The notes: generated from the letters alone by a model not told the origin. Positions 50,025 to 64,000 are shown, counted from the first letter of the stretch. The stretch: DNA of 64,000 bases from Eledone cirrhosa (GCA_964016885.1 OZ024752.1:19530001-19594000), one strand, 5' to 3'. Program-made: numbers and translations.

Positions 50025-52232
50025 TGTCGGGGAGAAGTGTGTACTAAACGATGATGGCGTACTTGCCATCACCGACGCTGATAAGAAGGTAGCTTGGAAG
50101 TGTCACTATGAAAGGCTACTAAATGAGAAGAATAAATGGGAGAAAGACAGTCTCCCCCATATCGACCCAATAGAGGGACCAGCAGTGTTATTCGAGGGGA
50201 GTATAATAAGTAAGGCAATCAAGGATATGAAGACGGGTAAGGCGGCTGGGCCTTCGGAAATAGTTGCTGAGATGCTGAAGGCATCTGGCACGGTGGGACA
50301 CACCATGGTCACCCGCATAGTTAACCAAGTCGTACAGAATGGGGTTGTTCCGAAGGACTGGCATAGCAACATCATCGTTAACTGTTATAAGGGTAAAGGA
50401 GACGCCCTAGATAGGAGTAACTATAGAGGCATTAAATTAATCGACCAGGTCATGAAGGTCACGGAAAAAGTAATAGCACAACTAATCACAGAGAGAATTG
50501 ACCTAGATGAAATGCAGTTCGGGTTTGTGTCAGGCAAAAGTACCACAGACGCTCTTTTCATTGTACGACAACTACAGGAGAAGTACCTAGCTAAAGGTAA
50601 ACCCCTCTACTTAGCTTTTGTCGACTTGGAGAAAGCCTTCGACAGAGTCCCCCGCTCCATTATCTGGTGGGCTCTTAGAAAACTAGGCGTTGACGAATGG
50701 CTTGTGAGAGCTATACAAGCCATGTATAAAGAAACAGTCAGCAAGGTTAGAATTAACAACGAATACAGTGAAGAGTTTAGCGTAAAAGTTGGCGTCCATC
50801 AGGGCTCTGTTCTCAGCCCCCTACTATTTATTATTGCCCTTCAGGCTATAACAGAGGAGTTCAAGACTGGCTGCCCATGGGAACTCCTATACGCAGACGA
50901 CCTGACACTCATAGCGGAATCAATGGCCGAGCTAGAGAAGAAATTCCAAACATGGAAGCACGGCCTAGAATCAAAAGGCCTTAAAATTAACCTGGCTAAG
51001 ACTAAAGTTCTAGTTTGTAGGAAAGAAAATAAGGCGGCGGTCCCTTCTGGGAAATGGTCGTGCTTGGTGTGTAGGAAAGGTGTAGGTAGAAACTCCATTT
51101 TATGTCCTAAATGCAAAGTATGGGTGCATAAAAGATGTAGTGGGATCACAGGTAAGCTAACTAAGAACATAGATTTTATATGTGGCCGGTGCTCTGGTGC
51201 AATAAGTAGCAGCAAGTGCCCACAAAATAGTAGCTCTTTCAATTGCGCAGAGGGTTCTATAGAAATAGTGGACAGTTTCCGTTACCTGGGGGATAAAATC
51301 AGCAGTGGGGGAGGGTGCTCTGAAAGTACAGTAGCTAGAGTCAGAACTGGTTGGAAAAAGTTCAGAGAGCTTATACCACTATTAGCTGCTAAAGGGTTCT
51401 CCCTAAAAATGAAAGGCAGGTTGTACGATGCCTGCATACGAACAGCAATGTTGCATGGCAGTGAGACCTGGGCATTGTGTGCAGAGGATATACGCAGACT
51501 AGAGTGGAACGAAGCTTGCATGCTCCGCTGGATGTGTAACAGTAATATACGTGAACGGCAAAGCATAAACGAACTAAGGAAAAAATTAGAAATAAGACGG
51601 ATCAGATGTTGTTTACTCGAGAGAAGGCTACGTTGGTATGGACACGTGATGCGCATGAAAGTCGATAGCTGTATAACAAAGTGCAGGGCAATAAAGATAG
51701 ACGGTAGCCACGGAATAGGCAGACCTAGAAAAACCTGGGACGAGCTGATAAACTCCGACCTCACACACTTACACCTCTCCAAGACAATGTCACTGGACCG
51801 AGACCTTTGGCGGTACTCAGTAACAGAGAAGACCCGCCTTACCTAAATACATAGTAAAACCTACTACAGCCAGTAGGCATCTCTAACAAAATACCCCCCC
51901 CCGTCCCACCACCCCCACCCCATCCACACCACCCCGTTCTATGTAAAGTTATGTTGGTGCCACACCATCCAGGCCGAAACAAATGAGATCGTGTAGGTGT
52001 CACGACAAAAAAACACACAGTCCGCGCTGTAATGTGGCCGTGTAGGCAACACGGTAAAAACCTCCACTGTAAATGTGGTTGGTGTTAGGAAGGGCATCCA
52101 ACTGTAGAACACCTGCCAGACAGTCCTATGCGAGCAAGACAATCACTCTTGCCTCAAGTGGGACTACCCCCGTCCAAACCCATGCAAGCGTGGAACACAG
52201 ACGTTAAACGTTGATGATGATGATGATGATGA
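50025..52232 (+). mobile_element. RTE family B, 2.2 kb, 5'-truncated
   Basis: Uninterrupted RT ORF, 3' UTR, (GAT)n tail, TA flanks. Confidence 0.95.
50026..51846 (+). CDS. RTE reverse transcriptase (open to natural stop, lacks N-terminal endonuclease)
   Basis: NYRGIKL, QFGF, DLEKAFD, GVHQGS, YADD, PHD-like insertion, YLG, RLRWYGH, GRPRKTW. Confidence 0.9.
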   Translation, partial: VGEKCVLNDDGVLAITDADKKVAWKCHYERLLNEKNKWEKDSLPHIDPIEGPAVLFEGSIISKAIKDMKTGKAAGPSEIVAEMLKASGTVGHTMVTRIVNQVVQNGVVPKDWHSNIIVNCYKGKGDALDRSNYRGIKLIDQVMKVTEKVIAQLITERIDLDEMQFGFVSGKSTTDALFIVRQLQEKYLAKGKPLYLAFVDLEKAFDRVPRSIIWWALRKLGVDEWLVRAIQAMYKETVSKVRINNEYSEEFSVKVGVHQGSVLSPLLFIIALQAITEEFKTGCPWELLYADDLTLIAESMAELEKKFQTWKHGLESKGLKINLAKTKVLVCRKENKAAVPSGKWSCLVCRKGVGRNSILCPKCKVWVHKRCSGITGKLTKNIDFICGRCSGAISSSKCPQNSSSFNCAEGSIEIVDSFRYLGDKISSGGGCSESTVARVRTGWKKFRELIPLLAAKGFSLKMKGRLYDACIRTAMLHGSETWALCAEDIRRLEWNEACMLRWMCNSNIRERQSINELRKKLEIRRIRCCLLERRLRWYGHVMRMKVDSCITKCRAIKIDGSHGIGRPRKTWDELINSDLTHLHLSKTMSLDRDLWRYSVTEKTRLT

Positions 52233-52262
52233 TATATATATGTATATACATATATATATACA

Positions 52263-52331
<69 letters not shown>

Positions 52332-52480
52332 GTGTATATATATATATAGATATATATATATATATATACACAATTATATATGTATATACATATATATATA
52401 TACAATTATATATGTATCATCATTTCATTTTATGTCCACTTTTCCCTGCTTGCAAGGGTGGGACAATTATATATATATAT

Positions 52481-53512
52481 ATCATCATCATCATCATCAT
52501 CATTTCACGTCCGCTTTTCCCTGCTTGCAAGGGTGGACGTCATCTCTTCATTTGTCACAATCCTTTGTCATCTCCTTCGTGAGCTTCAGTGATCTGAGGT
52601 CAGCTCTCACCACCTCCACCCATGTTTTTCATAGTCTTCCTTGACTGGGATTTCTTGGCTCTTCTTTACCCAGTGGTCATCCTCCATGTGCATCCCATGT
52701 CCATACCAACGCAATCTTCTCTCCCGCACACTACAACTTATCCCCTCATACATAGTTTCTCTCTCAACTCGTCTATGCTTGGTCGTTCTCGCACATTGAC
52801 ATTGCACATCCAACAGAGCATGCTTGCTTCATTTTTCTCCAGCCGTCGCATATCTTCCACAGTTGCTGCCCATGTCTCACTACCATGTAGCATCGTGCAT
52901 CTCACAGAGACATCATATAACCGGCCTGTCATTCGTTGGGAGAAACCCTTCTTTGTCAACAGAGGAAGCAGCTCCCTATACTTCTTCCAACCCGTCCTTA
53001 TTCTAGATACTATGGCCTCGGAGCACCCTCCTCCCTTACTAATCTAATCACCTAGGTATCGGAAGCTATCAACCACCTCTATAGGTCCTACCCTCATTTA
53101 AAAATGTGTCCATCACTGCGACTTGTACTGTCAAATTTCCCTGTACATCTACTGCATATGTAGTTTTCCCTACCTGTTAGTTTGCCTGCTATCCCACTAC
53201 ACCTCTTGTGTACCCAAGATCTGCATTGTGACAATTTTATAGAATTTATGCCAACTCCTTTCCTACATATTGAACATGGGCATTTCCCTGATGGAATCAG
53301 AGTTTTGTTCTCTTTTTTACTCATCAACACTTTTGTCTTAGCTAGGTTCACTCTCAGTCCTTTTGCTTCCAACTGCTGTTTCCATAGCCAGAATTTATTC
53401 TCTAGCTCCTCTACTGATTCTGCTATAAGTACCAGATCGTCAGCATAGAGAAGTTCCCATGGACAGCCAGTCTTAAACTCCTCTGTTATGGCTTGGAGGA
53501 CTATAATGAAAT
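52481..53512 (-). mobile_element. RTE family D 3' fragment
   Basis: ELLYADD, HGSETW and RLRWYGH fragments; short 3' UTR ending CAAGCAGGGAAAAGCGGACGTGAAAT(GAT)n. Confidence 0.88.
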
Positions 53513-53608
53513 TAATATACACACATATATACATACACATATATACATACATATATACACATATACATATATACATATACATATACATATATATACATAT
53601 GTATATAT

Positions 53609-54140
53609 ATAAATTATTAAAAGAATAATGAATAAACAAAGAAACAGTTCCTTATATTAAACAAAAAAAGTTCATTATTTTACGATCGTTTCTAGGACAT
53701 ATATGTGTTAGAATTGGTATGCATATTCAAAAGATCTATGTACAAAATTATACAAACTATCAGAGAGAATATACATACCTTCACATATATATGCTGTCTT
53801 CAGAAATAATAATTATTTCTGAAGACAGCATATATATGTGAAGGTATGTATATTCTCTCTGATAGTTTGTATAATTTTGTACATAGATCTTTTGAATATG
53901 CATACCAATTCTAACACATATATGTCCTAGAAACGATCGTAAAATAAGGAACTTTTTTTGTTTAATATAAGGAACTGTTTCTTTGTTTATTCATTATTTT
54001 TTTAATAATTTATCTTGACTCTGTTTTCCGTTTATCTTTCACCGAAAGTGATTTTTGAATGCATCTCTTCTTTTCATGATATCCGGATTACATTGAGTTC
54101 TTCATACGGATTGGACACTACCGTAAACTTTTGGTTGATT
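53609..54140 (+). mobile_element. HHR element with ~200-bp 5' fold-back
   Basis: 53609-53810 is the near-perfect reverse complement of 53812-54013; unique 3' extension to ~54140. Confidence 0.85.
53813..53947 (+). ncRNA. Type I HHR with ~100-nt stem II; mirror copy on minus at 53675-53809
   Basis: ttattt CTGAAGA cagcatatatatgtg...cacatatatgtccta GAAAC gatc GTA aaataa. Confidence 0.75.
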
Positions 54141-54185
54141 TATCTACATATTTATATATATATATATACTTTGTATTTCTGCTCA

Positions 54186-54538
54186 TACATATATATACAT
54201 TCACCCGACCCCCCACGGGTACAAGCCAAAGCTGAAGCATATAGACAATATGACCCCACACCCTCCCACTGCAAGGTGGTCGTGGAGATGCCACGGTAAA
54301 AAAACACCCAGCCCACACTGTAAGGTGGATGTGTAGGCGCCACAGAAAAAAAGTACCCAGCACTCACTGAAAATGAGGTTGGTGTTAGGAAGGGCATCCA
54401 GCTGTAGAAGTCAAGCCAGAATCAGTTCCCATATGAGCAAGGCATGGTCAGCCGACTGGACACTGCCCACAACAGGACAACCCGTTTAACCCATGCTAGC
54501 GTGGAAGAACGGACGTAAAACGGTGATGATGATGATGA
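54186..54538 (+). mobile_element. RTE family A 3' UTR fragment
   Basis: Matches 22913-23245 in reverse. Confidence 0.88.
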
Positions 54539-54554
54539 CATATATAAATAAATA

Positions 54555-54598
<44 letters not shown>

Positions 54599-55171
54599 TA
54601 TATATATATACACATATGTACATACATATATATTTATATATATATATACACGTGTACATACATATATACACCCACACATATATATGTGGGTTCACATACT
54701 TATTGATACTGCCTTTTTTGCACACATGGTTGTATATGTGTAGTTATTTCACCATCTAGTTTTACACATTTTATAACACTTTTTATAATGTTTTTAGATA
54801 TTTTTTAACTTATCTTATTTTTCACTTGATTTTTATTTTTTACTTATTATTTTTTCTATGTCCCCGTAACTATGTATTTAAGTGATCGTCCAAATTTCAT
54901 GTGTGTGTACACACCTATCACAGTTTTCACACACATGAGTCTATATGTATATAGCTTTCTTTATGTATACAAATGTTTGTTGTATGTATGTGTAGACGTA
55001 CTTCTTCATATAAGTGTGCCTATGTATGTGTGTATACATATTTATATATCTTTATCCCTAATTTTACGTTCTGTTTCTGTGTGTACATGAATTTTTCTCC
55101 ATTATTTTATTTCAGCCTCACTTTTATTTATAATAGATTTTAATTTCATATTTCATATATAAATTAAAAAT

Positions 55172-55242
55172 TTCTATCTGATGAACGACTTCAGAGGCCT
55201 CTGTTAGAATCGTCTGACTTCGTGAAACCTTGGGTAATGGAA
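55172..55242 (+). ncRNA. Type I HHR, intact core (family G)
   Basis: ttctat CTGATGA acga...tcgt GAAAC cttgg GTA atggaa; downstream TGTTGTTTATTACATAA is shared with the 47278 copy. Confidence 0.75.
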
Positions 55243-55289
55243 TAATTATATTGTGTTGTTTATTACATAATTAAATATATATATATATA

Positions 55290-55935
55290 TATACAAAGAT
55301 CGGAATTAAGAGTATTCCGCAGTTCACAATAATAATAATAATAGTATTAGTTCAAAGAAGAATAGAGAATTTTCTTCTGAGCTCAAATGCAAATATATTT
55401 GCATTTGAGCTCAGAAGAAAATTCTCTATTCTTCTTTGAGCTAATATTATTATTATTATTATTGTGAACTGCGGAATACTCTTAATTCCGATCTTTGTAT
55501 ACTTAACGAGCTCCAAATTGTTGAGCTAATAAATTCGAATGGTTGGGCTGCCCTCTCTAGCATTTTCCCCAATCCATGAGAGCCGTTATTTGATGCAAAT
55601 AACACGTGATTTCGCCCTACTCTGGGCAGCGTGTATATTAGCTTTCTCTCTATCCATGAGGTTAGATGTGTCGTGAACAGTGTCCACATTTGCTGACTGA
55701 GGATCCTGTGGCCTGTTATACTGCACATGTCGGTGGTGAAACAAAGCGAGATTCGTATCAGCAAACTTATAGTTATAAGGTTGATAATTTAAAACTCCAA
55801 TTCAGAGATTTGATTCTGACTCAGTTTTTTTCTATTTAATTGCTAAACCTGTAGATATTGTTCTCTATACAGTAACGGTAAAACTCACTTGTAATAATTC
55901 TTTACACACATCTCACTGTGTAACACACTTCTCTT
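55290..55935 (+). mobile_element. HHR element with ~105-bp 5' fold-back
   Basis: 55290-55395 mirrors 55396-55501; HHR at 55689-55765. Confidence 0.75.
55689..55765 (+). ncRNA. Type I HHR, intact core, 8-bp stem I
   Basis: tttgctga CTGAGGA tcc...ggt GAAAC aaagcgagattc GTA tcagcaaa. Confidence 0.75.
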
Positions 55936-55967
55936 TGTGTAATATATTTGTATATACATATATATTT

Positions 55968-56009
<42 letters not shown>

Positions 56010-56145
56010 TGTCTATATACATGTATATTTATACATATATATACACTGTCTATATACATATATATTTATACATATATATATATATATATATATACTGTCT
56101 ATATACATATATATATATATACACATATATATATGTATATAATAA

Positions 56146-56330
56146 ATGTTTCTACTTTTGGCATAAGGCCAACAATTGCCCAGTACATTACTGGTACTTT
56201 ATTTTATCGACTCTATAAGGATGAAAGGCAAAGTTAACCTCGGCAGGATTTGAACTCAGAATGGCAAGGGCCGTAACTCTATGCATCAAAGCATGGCGAC
56301 CGACCCTCTACCGATACTGCCAATTCACCG
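56146..56330 (-). mobile_element. Nin/Deu-like SINE
   Basis: Homologous to 1561-1782. Confidence 0.85.
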
Positions 56331-56359
56331 ACGGGGTTAAAGCCCCATAATTGTTTATT

Positions 56360-56410
56360 GCATTATATATATTTTTGTTACATGGTTATTCATGTGACTT
56401 CCTCAGATGC
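56360..56410 (-). ncRNA. Type I HHR motif (family H), G12 mutated
   Basis: gcat CTGAGGA a-gtcacatg-aataac-catgtaac-a AAAA tata TA atgc, followed by AATAAA; homologue at 61945-61995. Confidence 0.65.
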
Positions 56411-56523
56411 TTCCGCAATCATTGTTGCAGTTATGCAATCACTGTGATATGCCGGTGGCATGCGAATGGATTATTATGCAGTAATATAGGCGACATATGT
56501 TATGGTTTTCTTATATTAAATAA

Positions 56524-56709
56524 TTGTTTCTACTTTAGGCACAAGGCCAGCAATTACCCAGTACATTACTGGTACTTTATTTTATCGACCCCGTAAGGAT
56601 GAAAGGCAAAGTCAACCTTGGCGGGATTTGAACTCAGATCGTAAAGGGACGTAACTATGCTGAAAAGCATGGCGTCCGACCCTCTACCGATACTGCCAAT
56701 CCACCGCCC
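56524..56709 (-). mobile_element. Full-length Nin/Deu-like SINE with 17-bp TSD
   Basis: TTTCTTATATTAAATAA at 56507-56523 and 56710-56726. Confidence 0.9.
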
Positions 56710-57024
56710 TTTCTTATATTAAATAACATATCTCTGTGTATCCAATAATGCATGTAATATACATCACTATATTCTTATATTATTATATTTTCATCAATAC
56801 CAGCAGATTTAGTGCAGAGGTTAACTTAACCTTTCATCCTTACGGGGTTGATAACATATAGCTGGGGGTAATTGCTGGCTAATAACTGGTAATAACTGGG
56901 GGTAATTGCTGGCTAATAACTGGGAGTAACTGGGGGTAATTGCTGGCTTTGTGCCAAAGGTAGAAACAATTATTATTAATATAACTGTTATAATTATCAT
57001 TACCTTTATAATTAATCAAAATAC

Positions 57025-59140
57025 ATATGGCTAATATAACAGCCTATATATATATAGCTAATATAACAGCCTATATATATATAGCTAATATAATGGCCTA
57101 TATATATATAGCTAATATAACGGCCTATATATATATAGCTAATATAACAGCCTATATATATATAGCTAATATAATGGCCTATATATAGCTAATATAACAG
57201 CCTATATATATAGCTAATATAACAGCCTATATATATATAGCTAACATAATGGCCTATATATATAGCTAACATAACAGCCTATATATATAGCTAACATAAT
57301 GGCCTATATATATAGCTAATATAATTGCCTATACATATAGCTAATATAACAGCCTATATATATATATAGCTAATATAACGGCTATATATAGCTAATATAA
57401 CAGCCTATATATATATATAGCTAATATAATGGCCTATATATATATAGCTAATATAATGGCCTATATATATATATATAGCTAACATAATGGCCTATATATA
57501 TATAGCTAATATAACGGCCTATATATACATATATAGCTAATATAACGGCCTATATATATATAGCTAATATAACGGCCTATATATATATAGCTAATATAAC
57601 GGCCTATATATTTATAACTAATATAACGGCCTATATATTTATAACTAATATAACGGCCTATATATATAGCTAATATAACAGCCTATATATATATAGCTAA
57701 TATAACAGCCTATATATATAGCTAATATAATGGCCTATATATGTATCATCAGCATCATCATCATCGTTTAAGGTCCATTTTCCGCGTTAACGGCCTATAT
57801 ATATATATAGCTAAGATAATGGCCTATATATATAGCTAACATAACAGCCTATATATATAGCTAATATAATTGTTTCTACTTTTTGGCACAAGGCCAGCAA
57901 TTATCCCAGTACATTACTGGTACTTTATTTTATCGACCTCGTAAGGATGAAAGGCAAAGTTAACCTCAGATCGTAAAGGGACATAACTATGCTGGAAAGC
58001 ATAATCCAACCCTCTACCGATACTGCCAATTCACCGCCCTTATATATATAGCTAATATAATGGCCTATATATATAGCTAATATAATGGCCTATATATATA
58101 GCTAACATAACAGCCTAAATATATATATAGCTAATATAACGGCCTATATATATAGCTAATATAATGGCCTATATATATAGCTAATATAACGGCCTATATA
58201 TATATAGCTAACATAACAGCCTATATATATATATAGCTAATATAACGGCCTATATATATAGCTAATATAATGGCCTATATATATATATATAGCTAATATA
58301 ATGGCCTATATATATATAGCTAATATAATGGCCTATATATAGCTAATATAACGGCCTATATATATATATAGCTAATATAACGGCCTATATATAGAGCTAA
58401 TATAATGGCCTTTATATATATAGCTTATATAATGGCCTATATATATATAGCTAACATAACGGCCTATATATATATAGCTAACATAATGGCCTATATATAT
58501 AACTAATATAATGGCCTTTATATATAGCTAATATAATAGCCTATATATATAGCTAATATAACAGCCTATATATATAGCTAATATAACAGCCTATATATAT
58601 AGCTAATATAATTGTTTCTACGTTAGGCACAAGGCCAGCAATTAACCAGTGCATTACTGGTACTTTATTTTATCGACCCCGTAAGGATGAAAGGCAAAGT
58701 CAACCTCAGCGGGATTTGAACTCGGAATGGCAAGGGCCGTAACTCTATAAGTCAAAGCATGGCGTCTGACCCTCTACCAATACTGCCAATCCACCGCCCT
58801 ATATAGCTAATATAACAGTCTTTATATATAGCTAATATAATGACCTATATATATAGCTAATATAATGGCTTACACGTATGCCTTATATAACAGCCTATAC
58901 ATATGGCTAACATAACGGCCTATATATATAGCTAATATAACACCCTATAGATATAGCTAATATAACGGCCTATACATATAGCTAATATAACGGCCTATAC
59001 ATATGGCTAATATAACGGCCTATACATATAGCTAATATAACACCCTATACATATGGCTACTATAACAGCCTATACATATAGCTAATATAACGGCTTATAC
59101 ATATGTCTAAAATAATGGCCTATACATATAACTAATATTT
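57025..59140. repeat. Minisatellite GCTAAYATAAYRGCC-(TA)n with two SINE insertions (57868-58040, 58609-58800) and an RTE tail stub (57744-57790)
   Basis: Direct inspection; unit ~21-31 bp depending on TA count. Confidence 0.92.
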
Positions 59141-59794
59141 CTCTCTATATATTCTCTTATATCGTTTATATTTTCCTACTTTCTATTATATTTTTATATC
59201 ATTTCTATATTTTTTTATCCCATATTTTCTGACATTACCATTTATTTTTATTTTCATATATATTTTTGTTTTCGTAAAAAGGTTTTTATAATATTTTAAA
59301 AATATTTTTTGAAATATTTACTAATACTTTTAGGTATTTCAAAAAAAAAACTTTCTTCAAATATATTTTCATATTTTTAAACTTATATTTTCTTATATTT
59401 TTATATATATATTCTTTATGTTCCCTATATGTTTATATTTTTATATTTCTTACATTAATATTCTCTGTTTTCTTTATATTTTATACCCTTATAATTTTGC
59501 CTATCACGGTCTATCCTATACACTATATTACTTTACTGTATATGTAGGTATATATGTCTGTGTGTAAAGGCTATATATCGACATATCTGTCTGTGTATAT
59601 GCATGTGTGTGCGTGTGTCTGTGTATATACATATGGTGTTGTTGGTGTTATTTCCGATTGGTGGCAAAAAATATATGTACCTGTCTGTACATGTAGAAAT
59701 ATGCGTAAATATACACGTATACACATCTAGGAATGTATATGTATGTGTATGTATATAAACATGTAAATGTGTCTATGTGGGTTATGTATCTGTA

Positions 59795-61439
<1,645 letters not shown>

Positions 61440-61944
61440 TATATATATAAGTGCGGGTGAATGACTATATTTACATATATTCTAACACCACTGCCATCAT
61501 CATCATTGATTAATGTCTATCTTCCACGCTAGCATGGATTAGACAATCATCTTATATATTGTAAACATCGCTGCCTTTGCTGTTAATGTTGTTTTTGTCA
61601 GGGTAGCGTTGCCCCGGTTGACATAAATAGAGGTTGAACAGAGGTCCTAAAACGAAAACTAAAACTCTAACTGCTTATATCACCAGACATAACGACGCCT
61701 GTTCAAAAATGAAAAAAACTAAAGAATGCAGATGTACTGATTGACCACATACTGAGAGTAGCCACAGGCCAGTCAAAATCTAGGAGATTCTTAAACACTA
61801 CAATAACTAATCAGAAAACTAATACATAAACTATTATAACTTAACATAGAGAAGATCCATACACCGAACGACTTCACCATGGATGGATGTGTATGGTCAC
61901 CAGCATATTACAATGATTGCATTACTGCAACATTGACTGCAGAA

Positions 61945-61995
61945 GAATCTGACAAAGTCACATGAATAACCATGTAACAGAAATACATATAATGC
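61945..61995 (+). ncRNA. Type I HHR motif (family H), G8 mutated
   Basis: gaat CTGACAA a-gtcacatg-aataac-catgtaac-a GAAA tacata TA atgc AATAAA. Confidence 0.6.
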
Positions 61996-62049
61996 AATAA
62001 ACAATTATGGTTATTTCACCCCGTCTTAACTACCATTATTTGATAAATG

Positions 62050-62534
62050 CTTTAGTGAATTGGCAGTATCGGTAGAGGGTCGGACGCCATGCTTTGACGC
62101 ATAGAGTTACGGCCCTTGCCATTCTGAGTTCAAATCCCGCCGAGGTTAACTTTGCCTTTCATCCTTACGGGGTCGATAAAATAAAGTACCAGTAATACAC
62201 TGGGAAATTGCTGGCCTTGTGCCAAAAGTAGAAACAATTATTTGATAAATGCTTTCCAGCATAGTTACGTCCCTTTACGGTCTGAGTTCAAATCCCGCCG
62301 AGGTTTACTTTGCCTTTCATCCTTACGGGGTCGGTAAAATAAAGTCCCAGTAATTCACTGGGTAATTGCTGGCCTTGTGCCTAAAGTAGAAACAATTATT
62401 TGATAAATGAGTTCAAATCCCGCCGAGGTTAACTTTGCCTTTCATCCTTACGGGGTCGATAAAATAAAGTACCAGTAATGTACTAGGTAATTGCTGGCCT
62501 TGTGCCAATAGTAGAAACAATTATTTGATAAATG
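62050..62534 (+). mobile_element. Three stacked Nin/Deu-like SINEs separated by the same 15-mer
   Basis: ATTATTTGATAAATG at 62035, 62237, 62395 and 62520. Confidence 0.9.
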
Positions 62535-62650
62535 AATACACCGTCACTCAATATCACCTACCTGGGATAAACTACTGACGTGTAGTGCTTTGGTGGCTAG
62601 GATCTGCTCATCAGGAAGTTACTACGTAAAAACTAAGGTAAAGAACACTC

Positions 62651-62702
<52 letters not shown>

Positions 62703-62704
<2 letters not shown>

Positions 62705-63109
62705 CAAAGGAATTGTGGTAAGGAACCAAATGGACCATAACACATCAGAGTACTCAATACTTAGGGTAGTAGAGTGGAAAATAGGAAAAAGTGTGACCCC
62801 GACGGCAGAGCTCAAGCCGTTTCGACGGCTATTTCTGGACTAAATTAGAATTTTTAGCCTGGTGAATAAATAGCCGAACTTTTCAAGGGGTACTTCCTTA
62901 TATGGGAAGATTGTAGTTGTCAAGAGGATTGGTTAAAATTTGTTGTAAACACAAATAAGTCTATCATGGTATTTGGTGGGAGGTAGGGGTAGCTGAACTT
63001 GCCTGTAGAACAATAGGGGAGTGAGTGGAGCGGTCAAGCATTGAAAGTGATATGTATACAGCAGATTCTAAGGATAGAATAGGTAAATCGAAAGAGAGTA
63101 GGAGACAAT

Positions 63110-63113
<4 letters not shown>
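62703..63113 (-). mobile_element. HHR-family F element, longest copy
   Basis: Contains a complete HHR; same 3' terminus as 6736 and 10547; TA flanks. Confidence 0.8.
62796..62891 (-). ncRNA. Type I HHR, U3-A8 core variant with stable stem III
   Basis: acccc TTGAAAA gtt-cggctattt...aaatagccg-tc GAAAC ggc-ttgagctct-gcc GTC ggggt. Confidence 0.8.
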
Positions 63114-63154
<41 letters not shown>

Positions 63155-63155
<1 letters not shown>

Positions 63156-64000
63156 CATCATCATCATCATCATCAACGTTTAACGTCCGTGTTCCACGCT
63201 TGCATGGGTTTGGACGGGGGTAGTCCCACTTGAGGCAAGAGTGATTGTCTTGCTCGCATAGGACTGTCTGGCAGGTTTTCTACAGTTGGATGCCCTTCCT
63301 AACACCAACCACATTTACAGTGTGGGTCTGGGAGGTTTTTACCGTGTTGCCTACACGGCCACATTACAGCGTGGACTGTGTGTTTTTTTTGTCGTGACAC
63401 CTACACGATCTCATTTGTTTCGGCCTCGATGGCGCGGCACCAACATAACTTTACATAGAACGGGGTGGTGTGGATCGGGTGGGGGGTGGTGGGACGGGGT
63501 GTATTTGTTAGAGATGCCTACTGGCTGGAGTAGGTTTTACTATATATTTAGGTAAGGCGGGTCTTCTCTGTTACTGAGTACCGCCAAAGGTCTCGGTCCA
63601 GTGACATTGTCTTGGAGAGGTGTAGGTGTGTGATGTCGGAGTTTATCAGCTCGTCCCAGGTTTTTCTAGGTCTGCCTATTCCGTGACTACCGTCTATCTT
63701 TATTGCCCTGCACTTTGTTATACAGCTATCGACTTTCATGCGCATCACGTGTCCATACCAACGTAGCCTTCTCTCGAGTAAACAACATCTGATCCCTCTT
63801 ATCTCTAATTTATTCCTTAGTTCGTTTATGCTTTGCCGTTCACGTATATTACTGTTACACATCCAGCGGAGCATGCAAGCTTCGTTCCTCTCTAGTCTGC
63901 GTATATCCTCTGCACACAATGCCCAGGTCTCGCTGCCATGCAGCATTGCTGTTCGTATGCAGGCATCGTACAACCTGCCTTTCATTTTTAGTGAGAACCC
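63155..64000 (-). mobile_element. RTE family B 3' part (runs off window)
   Basis: ORF 63548..63985 nearly identical to the C-terminus of 50026-51846; 3' UTR and tail present. Confidence 0.95.

Noticed and set aside
62570-62620. HHR on minus (CTGATGA...GTC)
   Set aside because: GAAA core is missing and stem II is weak; too degenerate to count.

Overview
This is repeat-saturated, AT-rich eukaryotic DNA. The RTE LINE families, tRNA-derived SINEs and (TA)n density suggest an octopod cephalopod (inference). No intact host gene is recognisable. The window holds many 5'-truncated RTE-clade LINEs of at least five families, two tRNA-derived SINE families, Penelope-like elements (PLE), an L1/Tx1 fragment, Helitrons, a Tc1/mariner fragment and a MITE. 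Most retro-insertions sit in (TA)n tracts. There are four tandem arrays: 75-bp x16, a 12.3-kb 41-bp satellite with a ~5.3-kb higher-order duplication, a 3.4-kb CCAYA array and a TA-containing minisatellite. The most notable signal is about 18 type I hammerhead-ribozyme (HHR) motifs from many unrelated short non-coding families. Several lie in fold-back or inverted insertions. Two show circular permutation, consistent with retrozyme-like ~0.3-kb circular or tandem RNA templates. All structures were parsed by eye and are unverified computationally.
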